Positions 1 to 9,085 of a stretch of DNA of 64,000 nucleotides are shown piece after piece. The first letter of the stretch is position 1, and every line of letters begins with the position of its first letter. The stretch is taken from assembly GCA_022798335.1 (NCBI GenBank), contig JAAWMH010000019.1, positions 11,417-75,416 of the forward strand, in the 5' to 3' direction. This DNA is from Clostridia bacterium. GTDB lineage: Bacteria > Bacillota > Clostridia > TANB77 > CAG-508. The position numbers and the translations under genes are program-made. The notes below the pieces were generated by a model. The model saw only the letters and a list, made by a program, of their open reading frames with translations, did no database searches and was not told where the DNA came from.

Positions 1-313
1 AAGAAGGATTTAAACTCTTTCTTTTAATAGTAAATTTCTTTTTAGCAGTTTTTTCTTTTTCAAAATCAGGGCAAACTTTTGTAATGGTAAAAACAAAATT
101 TGTATCAGCCATTGCTAAAGCCTCAATTTTTAAGTTAGCATCTTCTGGATCAAAACCAGTTTCTTTTTTTGCCTCTTCTAGCATATCAAGTAAAATATCT
201 TGTGATTCAAGAGTATTTGCCATAAAAGAATGAAAATCAATATGCTTTTCAGTTAAGTCTTGTATACTTAAAATAATTCTTATTTTATTTTCACTTAGCT
301 TTTCAAATTTCAA
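1..313 (-). CDS. mecA: adaptor protein MecA, N-terminal part (gene runs off the left edge)
   Basis: Minus-strand translation from TTG (311-313), with GGAGGC at 322-327, reads LKFEKLSENKIRIILSIQDLTEKHIDFHSFMANTLESQDILLDMLEEAKKETGFDPEDANLKIEALAMADTNFVFTITKV. This matches the MecA N-domain pattern from memory. The ORF is too short and partial to appear in the supplied track. Confidence 0.55.
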   Translation of the reverse strand, partial: MKFEKLSENKIRIILSIQDLTEKHIDFHSFMANTLESQDILLDMLEEAKKETGFDPEDANLKIEALAMADTNFVFTITKVCPDFEKEKTAKKKFTIKRKSLNPS

Positions 314-538
314 TTTATGTAGCCTCCAAATATTTAATATCATTTAATCATATTATACTACGAAAGTTTCAAGAATGAAACCAACAAAATATGGAAAAAT
401 GAAAAATATTTTATTGTAGCTACAACTATAACATAAAAAAATGTAAAAGAAAACACTTTTTAAGAAAAATAATAATAAAAAACTACAGACCACAAAAATA
501 AGTTTATTTTCGTAGTCTATAGCTTTAAAATTGTTGCT

Positions 539-1276
539 TTATTTTTTACGAATAATACAAGAAACTTTTACCCTTCTATGATAGTTAGTACCATATTGGG
601 TCAATCCAATTTGATGCCTTGTTACATTAGATCCAGCAGTATTATAACCTGCTTCCCAATACCAAGAATTTTCTTCTTTTAAATAATGAAAGACATGATA
701 GTCCTTTTGGCAAATAGTTTTACTAATAGGTCTACGGTCATTTTTCTTAGAAGAAAGTACTCCATAGGAAAGATTACAATAATCAAAGCTTCCATTATTA
801 GAAGAAGAACTTTGCATCAAAGAAGCAAGGTCAAGTGTTAGACCAATATCTAAGTAAATAAGCTGCGGAGAAAGGAGCGTACCCATAGGAGCGATATAAT
901 GAAACTTAGTAGAAACATCATGAGAGTTTGCATATTCTAGAAAAGCTAACTTTGGATGAACCACTGTTTCTAACAACATATTAGAAGTCCTCTGAATGGT
1001 GTTACAAGCACCGCACAAACCATTTACAACTACAACATCGGCTTTTTCAACAAGGTAATTTTTTAACAAAGTAAAATCTTTGGCAATAGCAACAGCTACA
1101 ATATTGTGGTGGCACCAAATCATCTTATTATAATGTACATACATAACTAGTAAATTTTTACGAGCATTTTCGTGAGCAACCACATTGCCATCACGGTTAA
1201 AAAAGAAAGTTTCGCCGTTTTCCGTTACTGCCTTATACTTCCGAGAAACTCTTTTCAAAAAAACATCATACTTCAC
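539..1276 (-). CDS. hypothetical protein with T-rich atypical codon usage (family not recognised)
   Basis: Track ORF 539..1348. I prefer the GTG start at 1276, with GGAGG at 1284-1288 seven nt upstream. It uses gtt/tct/ctt/cgt codons, unlike its A-rich neighbours, and has one in-frame CGG at 1241-1243 that needs no frameshift. Confidence 0.5.
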   Translation of the reverse strand: MKYDVFLKRVSRKYKAVTENGETFFFNRDGNVVAHENARKNLLVMYVHYNKMIWCHHNIVAVAIAKDFTLLKNYLVEKADVVVVNGLCGACNTIQRTSNMLLETVVHPKLAFLEYANSHDVSTKFHYIAPMGTLLSPQLIYLDIGLTLDLASLMQSSSSNNGSFDYCNLSYGVLSSKKNDRRPISKTICQKDYHVFHYLKEENSWYWEAGYNTAGSNVTRHQIGLTQYGTNYHRRVKVSCIIRKK

Positions 1277-1514
1277 AACAATTCCTCCTAAATAAAAATA
1301 TTTTAGAATTATTTTCCTATATGCCACATTTCTATTTGTAGTATACAAGCAACATTATACAACTTTATGTATACCTTTGTCAAGAAATAACCTAAATAAA
1401 ATAAGCTAATCATCTTGAAAAAAATGGTTTTAGCGTATATAATACATACATAAAAAATATACAAATGAAGAAAGGAGGGTATATTAGCAAAAAAAGGCTA
1501 ATATAAACTAGTAA

Positions 1515-1772
1515 ATGGCAATGAAAGACAAAAATATATGGATATTAATTTTATTTGTATTAAGTGGAATTGTAGTAGGAGGCTTACTTGGAGAACTTGC
1601 CTCACATGTAGAATTTTTATCATGGCTTTCCTATGGACAAGAATTTGGGTTTACTTCACCAATAGAATTAGATTTAAGTGTTATTAAATTAACATTTGGA
1701 CTAATTTTTAAAATTAATATAGCAAGTATTATAGGAATTGTGCTTGCCATCTTCATTTATAAAAAAGTTTAA
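1515..1772 (+). CDS. DUF4321-type small membrane protein
   Basis: 85 aa with two hydrophobic helices (NIWILILFVLSGIVVGGLLGE...). It sits immediately upstream of radC-mreB, as in many Clostridia. The start may be the ATG at 1521. Confidence 0.6.
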   Translation: MAMKDKNIWILILFVLSGIVVGGLLGELASHVEFLSWLSYGQEFGFTSPIELDLSVIKLTFGLIFKINIASIIGIVLAIFIYKKV

Positions 1773-1881
1773 GAACAAATGAATAAAACAAAAGGTAAGG
1801 GGAAAAACTTTATTTAAAATCTAAAAATTTTATTCAAAAAAATTTATAGGGGGCAAATAAAAAGAAAGGAAGACTTAAAAT

Positions 1882-2598
1882 ATGGCAATTAAGGTAAAAG
1901 AACTCCCTATTTCAGAAAGACCTTATGAAAAATTGGAAATGTATGGAGAAAAAGCATTATCCAATGCAGAATTACTAGCGATAATAATAAAAAGTGGTAC
2001 TAAAGAAGAAAGTGCAATTACGCTAGCACAAAAAATACTTTCACTAGGAAAAGAAAAAAACTCTAAACAAGATAATTTAGAATTTTTACAAGAATTATCT
2101 ATAGAAGAGTTTATGCAAATACATGGAATTGGAAAAATAAAAGCAATACAAATAAAAGCAGTATGTGAACTTGCAAAAAGAATTTCAAGACCAATCAATG
2201 TATTAAAAATTAAAGTAAAAAATCCCCAAGACATTGCAAATTTAGTAATGGATGAATTAAAAGTAGAAAAAAAAGAAATAGTGAAAGTAGTTATATTAAA
2301 TTCCCAAAATATTATTATAAAAATACAAACCATTTCTCTAGGAGGAAGTCGTTTTGCTCATGTAGAGCCAAAGGACATATTTGTAGAGGCAATTAAAAGA
2401 AGTGCCACAAAAATCATATTAATTCATAACCATCCAAGTGGAGATGCAACACCAAGTGAGCAAGATTGCAAATTTACCAAAAAAATAGAAGAGGTGGCAA
2501 AACTAATAGGCATAGAATTATTAGACCATATAGTAATAGGAAACAATGAATATGCTAGTATTAAAGCACACTTATTAAAGAAAGGAAGAATACAATGA
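1882..2598 (+). CDS. radC: RadC-family JAB-domain protein
   Basis: 238 aa with the [18 protein letters not shown]-like motif and an HhH region ([13 protein letters not shown]). The RBS is AAGGAAG. The stop overlaps the mreB start. Confidence 0.9.
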   Translation: MAIKVKELPISERPYEKLEMYGEKALSNAELLAIIIKSGTKEESAITLAQKILSLGKEKNSKQDNLEFLQELSIEEFMQIHGIGKIKAIQIKAVCELAKRISRPINVLKIKVKNPQDIANLVMDELKVEKKEIVKVVILNSQNIIIKIQTISLGGSRFAHVEPKDIFVEAIKRSATKIILIHNHPSGDATPSEQDCKFTKKIEEVAKLIGIELLDHIVIGNNEYASIKAHLLKKGRIQ

Positions 2599-3624
2599 GT
2601 TTTATAAACTGGAATAACAAAGATATTGGAATAGACTTAGGAACAGCCAATATTATTATTACGCTAAAAGGAAAAGGAATTGTTTTAGATGAGCCATCAG
2701 TAGTAGCTATTGAAAAGAATACAGGAATTATTCTAGCAACAGGAAATGAAGCAAAAGAAATGCTAGGAAGAACGCCAGAAGACATTTTAGCCATAAGACC
2801 AATGCAAGATGGAGTAATTGCAGATTATACAGCAACAGGATTAATGTTAAAAAGCATGCTACAAAAAGTGTGCCAAAGATATAATGCAAGAAGACCGAGA
2901 GTCGTAGTAGGAGTTCCATCAGGAATTACAGAAGTAGAAGAAAGAGCAGTAGAAGAATCGGTATTACAAGCAGGAGCAAAAGAAGTTTATTTAATAGAAG
3001 AACCAATGGCAGCAGCAATAGGAGCAAATTTAGAGGTATCGGAGCCAGCAGGAAACATTGTAGTAGACATTCGGAGGCGGAACTACAGAAGTAGCTATTA
3101 TTTCTTTAGGAGGCATTGTAGTTAGTAATTCATTAAGAATAGCAGGAGATGAATTAAATCAAGATATTATTAACTATATAAAAAGAGAAAATAACTTGAG
3201 TATAGGAGAAACAACAGCAGAACAAATTAAAATAAAATTAGGTTGTGCAACACCTTTAATGACAGAGTTAGTAATGGAAGTAAGAGGAAGAAACTTAGGA
3301 ACAGGACTACCAGAAACTATTCAAATTACTTCTTCACAAATAGGAGAGGCTATGCAAGAATCTGTAGAAAAAATTATAGATATCATTAAACAAACTTTAG
3401 AAAAAACGCCACCAGAATTAGCATCAGACATTATGGAAAAAGGAATTGTACTAACAGGTGGAGGAGCATTAATTCAAAACTTTGATAAATTATTATCAGA
3501 AAAAACACAAATACCAGTATATATAGCAGAAGGACCATTAGAATGTGTAGCAAGAGGTGCAGGAAAAACACTAGAAGACTTAGAAAAACTAAGAACCGTA
3601 CTAAGCAGTTCTAGGAAAAGATAG
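2595..3624 (+). CDS. mreB: rod-shape protein MreB, split into two ORFs by one extra C at 3072
   Basis: Track ORFs 2595..3125 and 3196..3624 together make one MreB. The sequence reads gac att C gga ggc gga act aca. Removing C3072 restores [52 protein letters not shown] with no stops. Confidence 0.9.
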
Positions 3625-3638
3625 GAGCTATTTAAGCT

Positions 3639-4460
3639 ATGTATAAAAATAAAAAAACAGGAATGATTGGAATTATTATAACCATTGTAGTGTTAATATT
3701 AGTAGTAATTTTATCTAATATAGATCTACAAGAAATTCCATACATGGAAAATATTTTTAGTAGTATTGTAATGCCAATTCAAAATGGACTTACCCACTTA
3801 AAAAATAAAATAGCAGGAAATGATAGCTTTTTTACAGATATCGAAACACTAAAACAAGAAAATGAAGAATTAAAAAAGAAAAACAGTGAATTAGAACAAT
3901 CATTAAGAGAGTTAGAAATTATTAAAGCAGAAAATGATACCTTAAAAGACTATGTTAATTTAACAGACAAATATTTAGAGTATAAAACAGTACCAACTTA
4001 CATTATAAATAGAGATATTAATAATTATACAAAAACAATTATTATTAATGTAGGAGAAAAAGATGGTATAAAGCCAGATATGGCAGTAATTGCAGATAAA
4101 GGGCTAGTTGGGTATGTCATTTCTACTACACAAAATACAGCAAAAGTACAAACCATTATAGATACAGCAACCTCTGTTAGTAGTGTAATTAGTACCTCAA
4201 GAGAAGCCATTATTGTAAGTGGAACATTAGAAAGTAGTAGCATATTAAAGGCAAGCTATATTCCAACAGAAGCAACTATATTAGAAAACGACAATGTAGA
4301 GACTTCAGGAATGGGAGGAATTTACCCAAAAGGAATTCATATAGGAACTATAAAACAAATAGTAAATACCAAAAACAACATAGACAGATATGCTTATATA
4401 GAAACAGCAGTAGACTTTGAAAAATTAGAAACAGTACTTGTTATTACGAAAGAAAAATAA
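3639..4460 (+). CDS. mreC: rod-shape protein MreC
   Basis: 273 aa with an N-terminal TM, a coiled coil (LKQENEELKKKNSELEQSLRELE) and a beta-rich C-domain. It lies between mreB and mreD. Confidence 0.85.
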   Translation: MYKNKKTGMIGIIITIVVLILVVILSNIDLQEIPYMENIFSSIVMPIQNGLTHLKNKIAGNDSFFTDIETLKQENEELKKKNSELEQSLRELEIIKAENDTLKDYVNLTDKYLEYKTVPTYIINRDINNYTKTIIINVGEKDGIKPDMAVIADKGLVGYVISTTQNTAKVQTIIDTATSVSSVISTSREAIIVSGTLESSSILKASYIPTEATILENDNVETSGMGGIYPKGIHIGTIKQIVNTKNNIDRYAYIETAVDFEKLETVLVITKEK

Positions 4461-4510
4461 ACATAAAAAAATTATGGCTTAACATAAACCAAAAGAAAGA
4501 AGGTGAACTT

Positions 4511-5044
4511 GTGAAAAAAATTTTTTGTACTATAGGGATTATAATAACTTTTTTTATTCTCTATTTTCTACAAGCAAATTTTTTTACATGGTTTACAATT
4601 AGCGGAGTTATGCCAAACTTGTTTGTCATATTTATTTTATTTATAGGCTTATTTATAGGAAAAAAAGTAGGAGTTGTATTAGGACTTTTCATAGGAGTTT
4701 ACATAGACTTATTAATAGGAAAAGCAATAGGAATTACAGGACTTATGTTAGCAATTATAGGACTTGCAGCAGAATATATCGATAAGAATTTTTCGAAAGA
4801 TAGTAGGCTTACTCTTATGTTTATTGTAGCAGGCGGAACAGCAATTTATGAAATAGGAATATATGCTTTCCAAATATTAAAATGGAATGCAATGTTAGAG
4901 ATAGTTCCTTTTTTAAAAATATTAGTAGTTGAAGTGATTTATAATATGGTATTAGTTATTATTTTATATCCATTTATACAAAAAGTAGGAAGCCATTTAG
5001 AAAGCTTATTTAAAAATAAAGCAGTATTAACAAGGTATTTTTAA
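4511..5044 (+). CDS. mreD: rod-shape protein MreD
   Basis: 177 aa polytopic membrane protein with a GTG start and RBS AAGGTGA. Assignment rests on synteny after mreC. Confidence 0.75.
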   Translation: MKKIFCTIGIIITFFILYFLQANFFTWFTISGVMPNLFVIFILFIGLFIGKKVGVVLGLFIGVYIDLLIGKAIGITGLMLAIIGLAAEYIDKNFSKDSRLTLMFIVAGGTAIYEIGIYAFQILKWNAMLEIVPFLKILVVEVIYNMVLVIILYPFIQKVGSHLESLFKNKAVLTRYF

Positions 5045-5108
5045 AGAAAAAATCATTAAGCACAGGTTAAAATAAAACAAAACTAAGAGTAAAAGAAGAG
5101 GTGAAAGG

Positions 5109-7206
5109 TTGAAAGTAAAAAAACAAAGAAATGAAAAAGTAAGATATAATATTGTTATTATGCTAACTTACATCATAGGTTTAGTATTACTAATACAACT
5201 TTTTAATCTGCAAGTAGTACATGGAGAAGAATATAGGCAAACCTCTAATACCAGGCTCACAAGAGAATCTACCTTAAAAGCAGCAAGAGGTGACATGACA
5301 GATAGAATGGGAAATAAATTAGTAACTACGAGAATGGGTTATACATTAGAACTTAATAAAACCAAAATAGATAATCAAACATTAAATCAAACAATTTTAA
5401 AATTAATAGAATTATTAGAAAAAAATCAAGATAAATATGTTGACAACTTACCAATTACTACAGAACCATATGATTTTACATATAAAGAAAAAGAAAAGCA
5501 AAACAAATGGAAAAAAGAAAATAATATAGACGAAAATGCTACAGCAGAAGAAGCATTTAAAAAGCTAAAAGAAAAATATGATATCCAAGAAGAAGATGTT
5601 AAAAAAGCAAGAAAAATAATGGTAGTAAGGTATGAAATAACAAGAAATCGGATTTAGTAATATCAAGCCAGTCACTATAGCAAAAGATATAAGTAGCAAA
5701 AGTATCAATCAAATAGAAGAACAGAAAAATAAATTTCCAGGAGTAGCTATTACAAAAGAACCAATTGTAACATACCCATATGGAAAACTAGCATCACATG
5801 TATTAGGATATGTAGGAGCCATTTCAGAAACGGAATACCAAGAAAATAAAGAAAAATATGGTATAAACGATATTATTGGAAAAACAGGAATACAATACAC
5901 CTTAGAAAAATACTTAAAAGGGCAAGATGGAATAAGGCAAGTAGATATGTCAGTAGATGGAACTGTTACAGGAGAATATATAACAAAAGAAGCCATGCAA
6001 GGAGCAACAGTAGCATTAACTATAGATGCTAATTTACAAAAAGCTGTGGAAGAGGCACTAAAAAATAATATGGAAAAAATAGCAAATGGTGCCTATGGGG
6101 AAAAACACGAAGCAAAAGCAGGAGCAGCTATTGTAATGAATGTAAAAACAGGAGAAGTATTAGCACTAGCAAGTTATCCAGACTATGAACCAGAACTATT
6201 TGTAAAAGGAATAAGTGAAGAAAAATTAAAAGAATACGAAAAAGGAAATAGTTATTTAAATAGAGCAATTTCAGCAAGCTATGCACCAGGTTCCATTTTT
6301 AAAATGGCAGTAGCTACAGCAGCATTAGAAACAGGAACTGTCACAGCACAAACACGTATTAACGATACAGGAATTTATCCAAGAGGACATAAACCAGCCT
6401 GCTGGATATATACTTCAAACCATTATGGACATGGTTATTTAAATATAACAGAAGCAATTAAAAAATCTTGTAATTATTTCTTTTATGAATCAGGATATAA
6501 AATGGGAATAAATCCAGTTATAAAATATGCTAAAGCTTATGGATTAGGAAGTAAAACAGGAATAGAACTATCAGGGGAAATTAGTGGAATTGTAGACTTA
6601 GAAAACTATTGCAAACAAACAGAAAATAGGCAATGGCAATTAGGAGACACTTTATCAGCAGTTATAGGGCAAAGCTACAATGACTACACACCAATACAAA
6701 TTGTAAGATATATTAGTATGCTAGCAAATGGAGGAAAAGCAGTAGATGTTACTTTGATAAAATCTATTACAGACGTAAATGGAAAACAAATAGATAAAAA
6801 AGAAATAGAAACAAGTGTAAACGAAAAATTAAATTTAGACAATACAAAACTAGAAAATGTAAACATAAAAAAAGAAAATTTAGATTTAATTTTAAAAGGA
6901 ATGAAGGGAGTTACAAGTGAAGCAGGAGGTACAGCATACTATATCTTTTCAGATTTAGAAATGGCCATAGCAGGAAAAACAGGGTCAGCAGAAACAAACG
7001 AAGCACACAAAGTAAATGGATGGTTCGCAGGATTTGCACCATATGATGACCCAGAAATTGCAGTAGTAGTATTAATAGAAAATGCAGGCTCAGGAGGAAA
7101 CGCAGCACCAACAGCAAAAGAAATTATAAAAGCATACTTTGGAACAGGAACAGAAAAAATAACAGAAGATGTAACAGCTATACCAAGCACAGGAGCAAAT
7201 AGATAA
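5109..7206 (+). CDS. mrdA: penicillin-binding protein 2 (elongation transpeptidase), interrupted by one extra C at 5649
   Basis: Track ORFs 5109..5657 and 5947..7206. The sequence reads aca aga aat C gga ttt agt. Removing C5649 gives a continuous frame, ...TRNGFSNIKPVTIAKDISS...LGYVGAISETEYQ...DMSVDGT..., that joins the transpeptidase part (SIFK, KTGSAE-like motifs). Confidence 0.85.
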
Positions 7207-7210
7207 AAAA

Positions 7211-7241
7211 TGAGACAACAGGGACAGTCCCCATTGTCTCA
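7211..7241. repeat. REP-like nested palindrome, subtype 1 (TGAGACA-N-GGGACAGTCCCC-N-TGTCTCA)
   Basis: tgagacaacagggacagtccccattgtctca. The outer arms are tgagacaa/ttgtctca and the inner arms gggac/gtccc. It lies directly after the PBP2 stop. Confidence 0.85.
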
Positions 7242-7260
7242 AAAAGAAAAGGAGAAATAT

Positions 7261-7875
7261 ATGAAAAATAGTATTAGCATTCAAACAAAAAAGGATAAAA
7301 CAATTATAAAAATAGAAGAAGAGGCAGATCAAAAACAAATATTACAAGAATTAAAGAAAAAATTAACAGAATTAAAAAAATTATATCAAGAAGATACAAC
7401 ACCAATTTATATTACAGGAAAAGTGTTCAAAAATAAGGAAATGGAACAAATCCAGGAAACAATAGAAAAAGTATTGCCAGTAGAAATAAAGTTTGACAGC
7501 CCTAAAATATTAGGACTACATGGAATAAAAAGATCTTTTAGTAAAGAGATAGCAACCTCAGAAACAAAATTTCATAGAGGATCCTTAAGATCAGGACAAA
7601 AAATTGAATTTGAGGGAAGCCTAGTTATTTTAGGAGATGTTAATGCAGGAGCAGAAGTGCTAGCAGGAGAAAACATTGTAGTACTTGGCATTTTAAGAGG
7701 AATGGCACATGCAGGAGCAAAAGGAAATAAAGAAGCAATTATAGCAGCAGCCTCTATTGAATCACCACAAATTCGTATCGCTAATAAAGTAAAAGAAATA
7801 GAAAAAGAAGAACTAGAAGAAGAAATCAAAACATGTGCTTATGTAGATGAACAAGGAGAGCTTGTTTTAGAATAG
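7261..7875 (+). CDS. minC: septum site-determining protein MinC
   Basis: The C-terminal beta-helix signature is GSLRSGQKIEFEGSLVILGDVNAGAEVLAGENIVVLGILRGMAHAGAKG. I chose the ATG at 7261 (RBS AAGGAGAA); the track start at 7210 lies inside the REP element. Confidence 0.8.
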   Translation: MKNSISIQTKKDKTIIKIEEEADQKQILQELKKKLTELKKLYQEDTTPIYITGKVFKNKEMEQIQETIEKVLPVEIKFDSPKILGLHGIKRSFSKEIATSETKFHRGSLRSGQKIEFEGSLVILGDVNAGAEVLAGENIVVLGILRGMAHAGAKGNKEAIIAAASIESPQIRIANKVKEIEKEELEEEIKTCAYVDEQGELVLE

Positions 7876-7923
7876 GCAGCAAGAGAAACATCCCCTAAAA
7901 AGGGAGAAAGGGCAGCTTTAAAA

Positions 7924-8238
7924 CTAGCTAAGCAACAATAAAACTAAAGCAATAAAAAGAAAATCATCTTGAACACCTTCTTGATATAAAAAGAAAATAA
8001 GACAAATAAGTAAAATATCATCATAATATAATTTAATACCAAAAATTTCAAACATTTCATCATGATTTGTTTCATTTAAGCAAGCCTCTAAAGGCTGCTT
8101 TTTTTGTGAAGTAGTGTTCTTTTCTATTTTACAAGAAGTTTTAGGAGGAGAAACAATAGCATGGTTGCTAGAATAAGAAGGATAAGTAGGATACCTTCTA
8201 AAATAGGGAAAATGAAAAAAAGGATAACTATACATCAT
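7924..8238 (-). CDS. hypothetical small protein with a hydrophobic C-terminus
   Basis: 104 aa. GGAGGAG lies 9 nt upstream of the ATG at 8238. It overlaps the end of the upstream gene by 11 nt, suggesting translational coupling. Confidence 0.5.
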   Translation of the reverse strand: MMYSYPFFHFPYFRRYPTYPSYSSNHAIVSPPKTSCKIEKNTTSQKKQPLEACLNETNHDEMFEIFGIKLYYDDILLICLIFFLYQEGVQDDFLFIALVLLLLS

Positions 8239-8614
8239 TTTTCTTTTCTCCTCCCATAGGGTTCATGATTTCAAAAATTTTACCCATACCAAATAATTTA
8301 ATATATTGATCTACTTTTTGTTTCCTACTAGATTTTAAATATGGCTTTAAAGATTTTAATAAATTAGCTCTAGGATCATTTTGCTCCTTATTCATACTAT
8401 CCATAATAGATTTCATTTTAAGAATAGTACCCATATCTAAATTAAAATCTTCTGTTTTATTGTTTTCCGTAGTATTTTCAGAGGAGGATAGATCATTCTT
8501 ATTAGAAGAAGTAGCCCCAAATTGATTCATCATATTTTTAATATTATCTGGAATTTGATCGTTTTTTATCATATCATTTAGCTTCTGCATAATATCAGAC
8601 ATATCATCACTCAT
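8228..8614 (-). CDS. hypothetical Met/Asn/Lys-rich protein
   Basis: 128-aa ORF and middle gene of a three-gene minus-strand unit. No family recognised. Confidence 0.5.
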   Translation of the reverse strand: MSDDMSDIMQKLNDMIKNDQIPDNIKNMMNQFGATSSNKNDLSSSENTTENNKTEDFNLDMGTILKMKSIMDSMNKEQNDPRANLLKSLKPYLKSSRKQKVDQYIKLFGMGKIFEIMNPMGGEKKNDV

Positions 8615-8643
8615 AAATTCTACCCTCTCTCACATTTTAATTT

Positions 8644-8799
8644 TTATTTTCCCTTTTGAAACTCTTTCATAATCTTTGCCTTATCTTCACTACTTAACAT
8701 TTGATTTAATTTAGATAAGCCTTGCTCTAATTGATTTTTGTCCATTTTAGAAAGCATAGACATTAATGAAGCCATATCCATTTGATTAGAATTATTCAT
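8644..8799 (-). CDS. hypothetical 51-aa protein (below the track length cut-off)
   Basis: The reverse strand reads MNNSNQMDMASLMSMLSKMDKNQLEQGLSKLNQMLSSEDKAKIMKEFQKGK. AAGGAGGAAAAT precedes the ATG at 8797-8799, and the stop is at 8644-8646. Confidence 0.45.
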   Translation of the reverse strand: MNNSNQMDMASLMSMLSKMDKNQLEQGLSKLNQMLSSEDKAKIMKEFQKGK

Positions 8800-8956
8800 A
8801 TTTTCCTCCTTAATTTATCTCTATAATATATATATTCTAAGCTTAAAAAAATGTTACTAAAATTTCAAAAAAAGAAATTATGTTTACCAAAAAAGTTTTA
8901 TAAAAATAAATAAAAAAAATTGTAACAAAAATTTAATATTTAACTTAGAAAAATAA

Positions 8957-8964
8957 CTTCCGTA
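8957..8964 (+). promoter_or_regulatory. CTTCCGTA box upstream of surface-protein module 1
   Basis: The same 8-mer occurs twice, 10 nt apart (22778-22785 and 22788-22795), upstream of module 2. The two leaders also share TTCCAA(T/A)A..TTC and CA.ATTGAAAAA..AGT..TAAAAAT blocks. Confidence 0.35.
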
Positions 8965-9085
8965 AAGGAATTTCCAATATTCGACAAATTTGGAAGGAAC
9001 ACACCATTGAAAAAAGTCGTAAAAATGCTAAAATTGATATTATAGAATACTTATATCTAAGAGAAAATTTTGGAGGTTTTGGCTT

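Noticed and set aside
1923-2333. Long antisense ORFs throughout the track, for example 1923..2333, 10128..10478, 15187..15615, 18624..18989, 29209..29532, 53488..53808 and 55483..55875 (all minus strand)
   Set aside because: They lie opposite well-supported + strand genes. Their products are low-complexity Leu/Phe/Ser-rich and they lack RBSs. They are the expected shadow of a purine-rich, A-ending codon usage, which depletes stop codons on the complementary strand.
3196-3624. Treating split ORF halves as separate genes (3196..3624, 5947..7206, 35444..36013, 46049..47503, 57255..58598)
   Set aside because: Each second half starts at an internal Met or Leu without an RBS. Each continues the conserved protein of the first half once the single extra C is accounted for.
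7210-7260. The track start of the minC ORF (MRQQGQSPLSQKEKEKY...) and the similar peptides MRQWGLSRMSH and MRQRGLSQMSH in ORFs 58175..58699 and 58542..58730
   Set aside because: These residues are simply translations of the REP-like palindromes (gagaca..gggacagtcccc..tgtctc). A proper RBS and ATG for minC lies at 7261. The minus-strand ORFs overlap rpoC antisense.
8980-8986. A perfect Spo0A-box-like heptamer, TTCGACA, upstream of module 1
   Set aside because: It is a single 7-mer. Several chance matches are expected in 64 kb on two strands. The equivalent position upstream of module 2 is degenerate (TTCACAT). This is not enough to claim Spo0A control.
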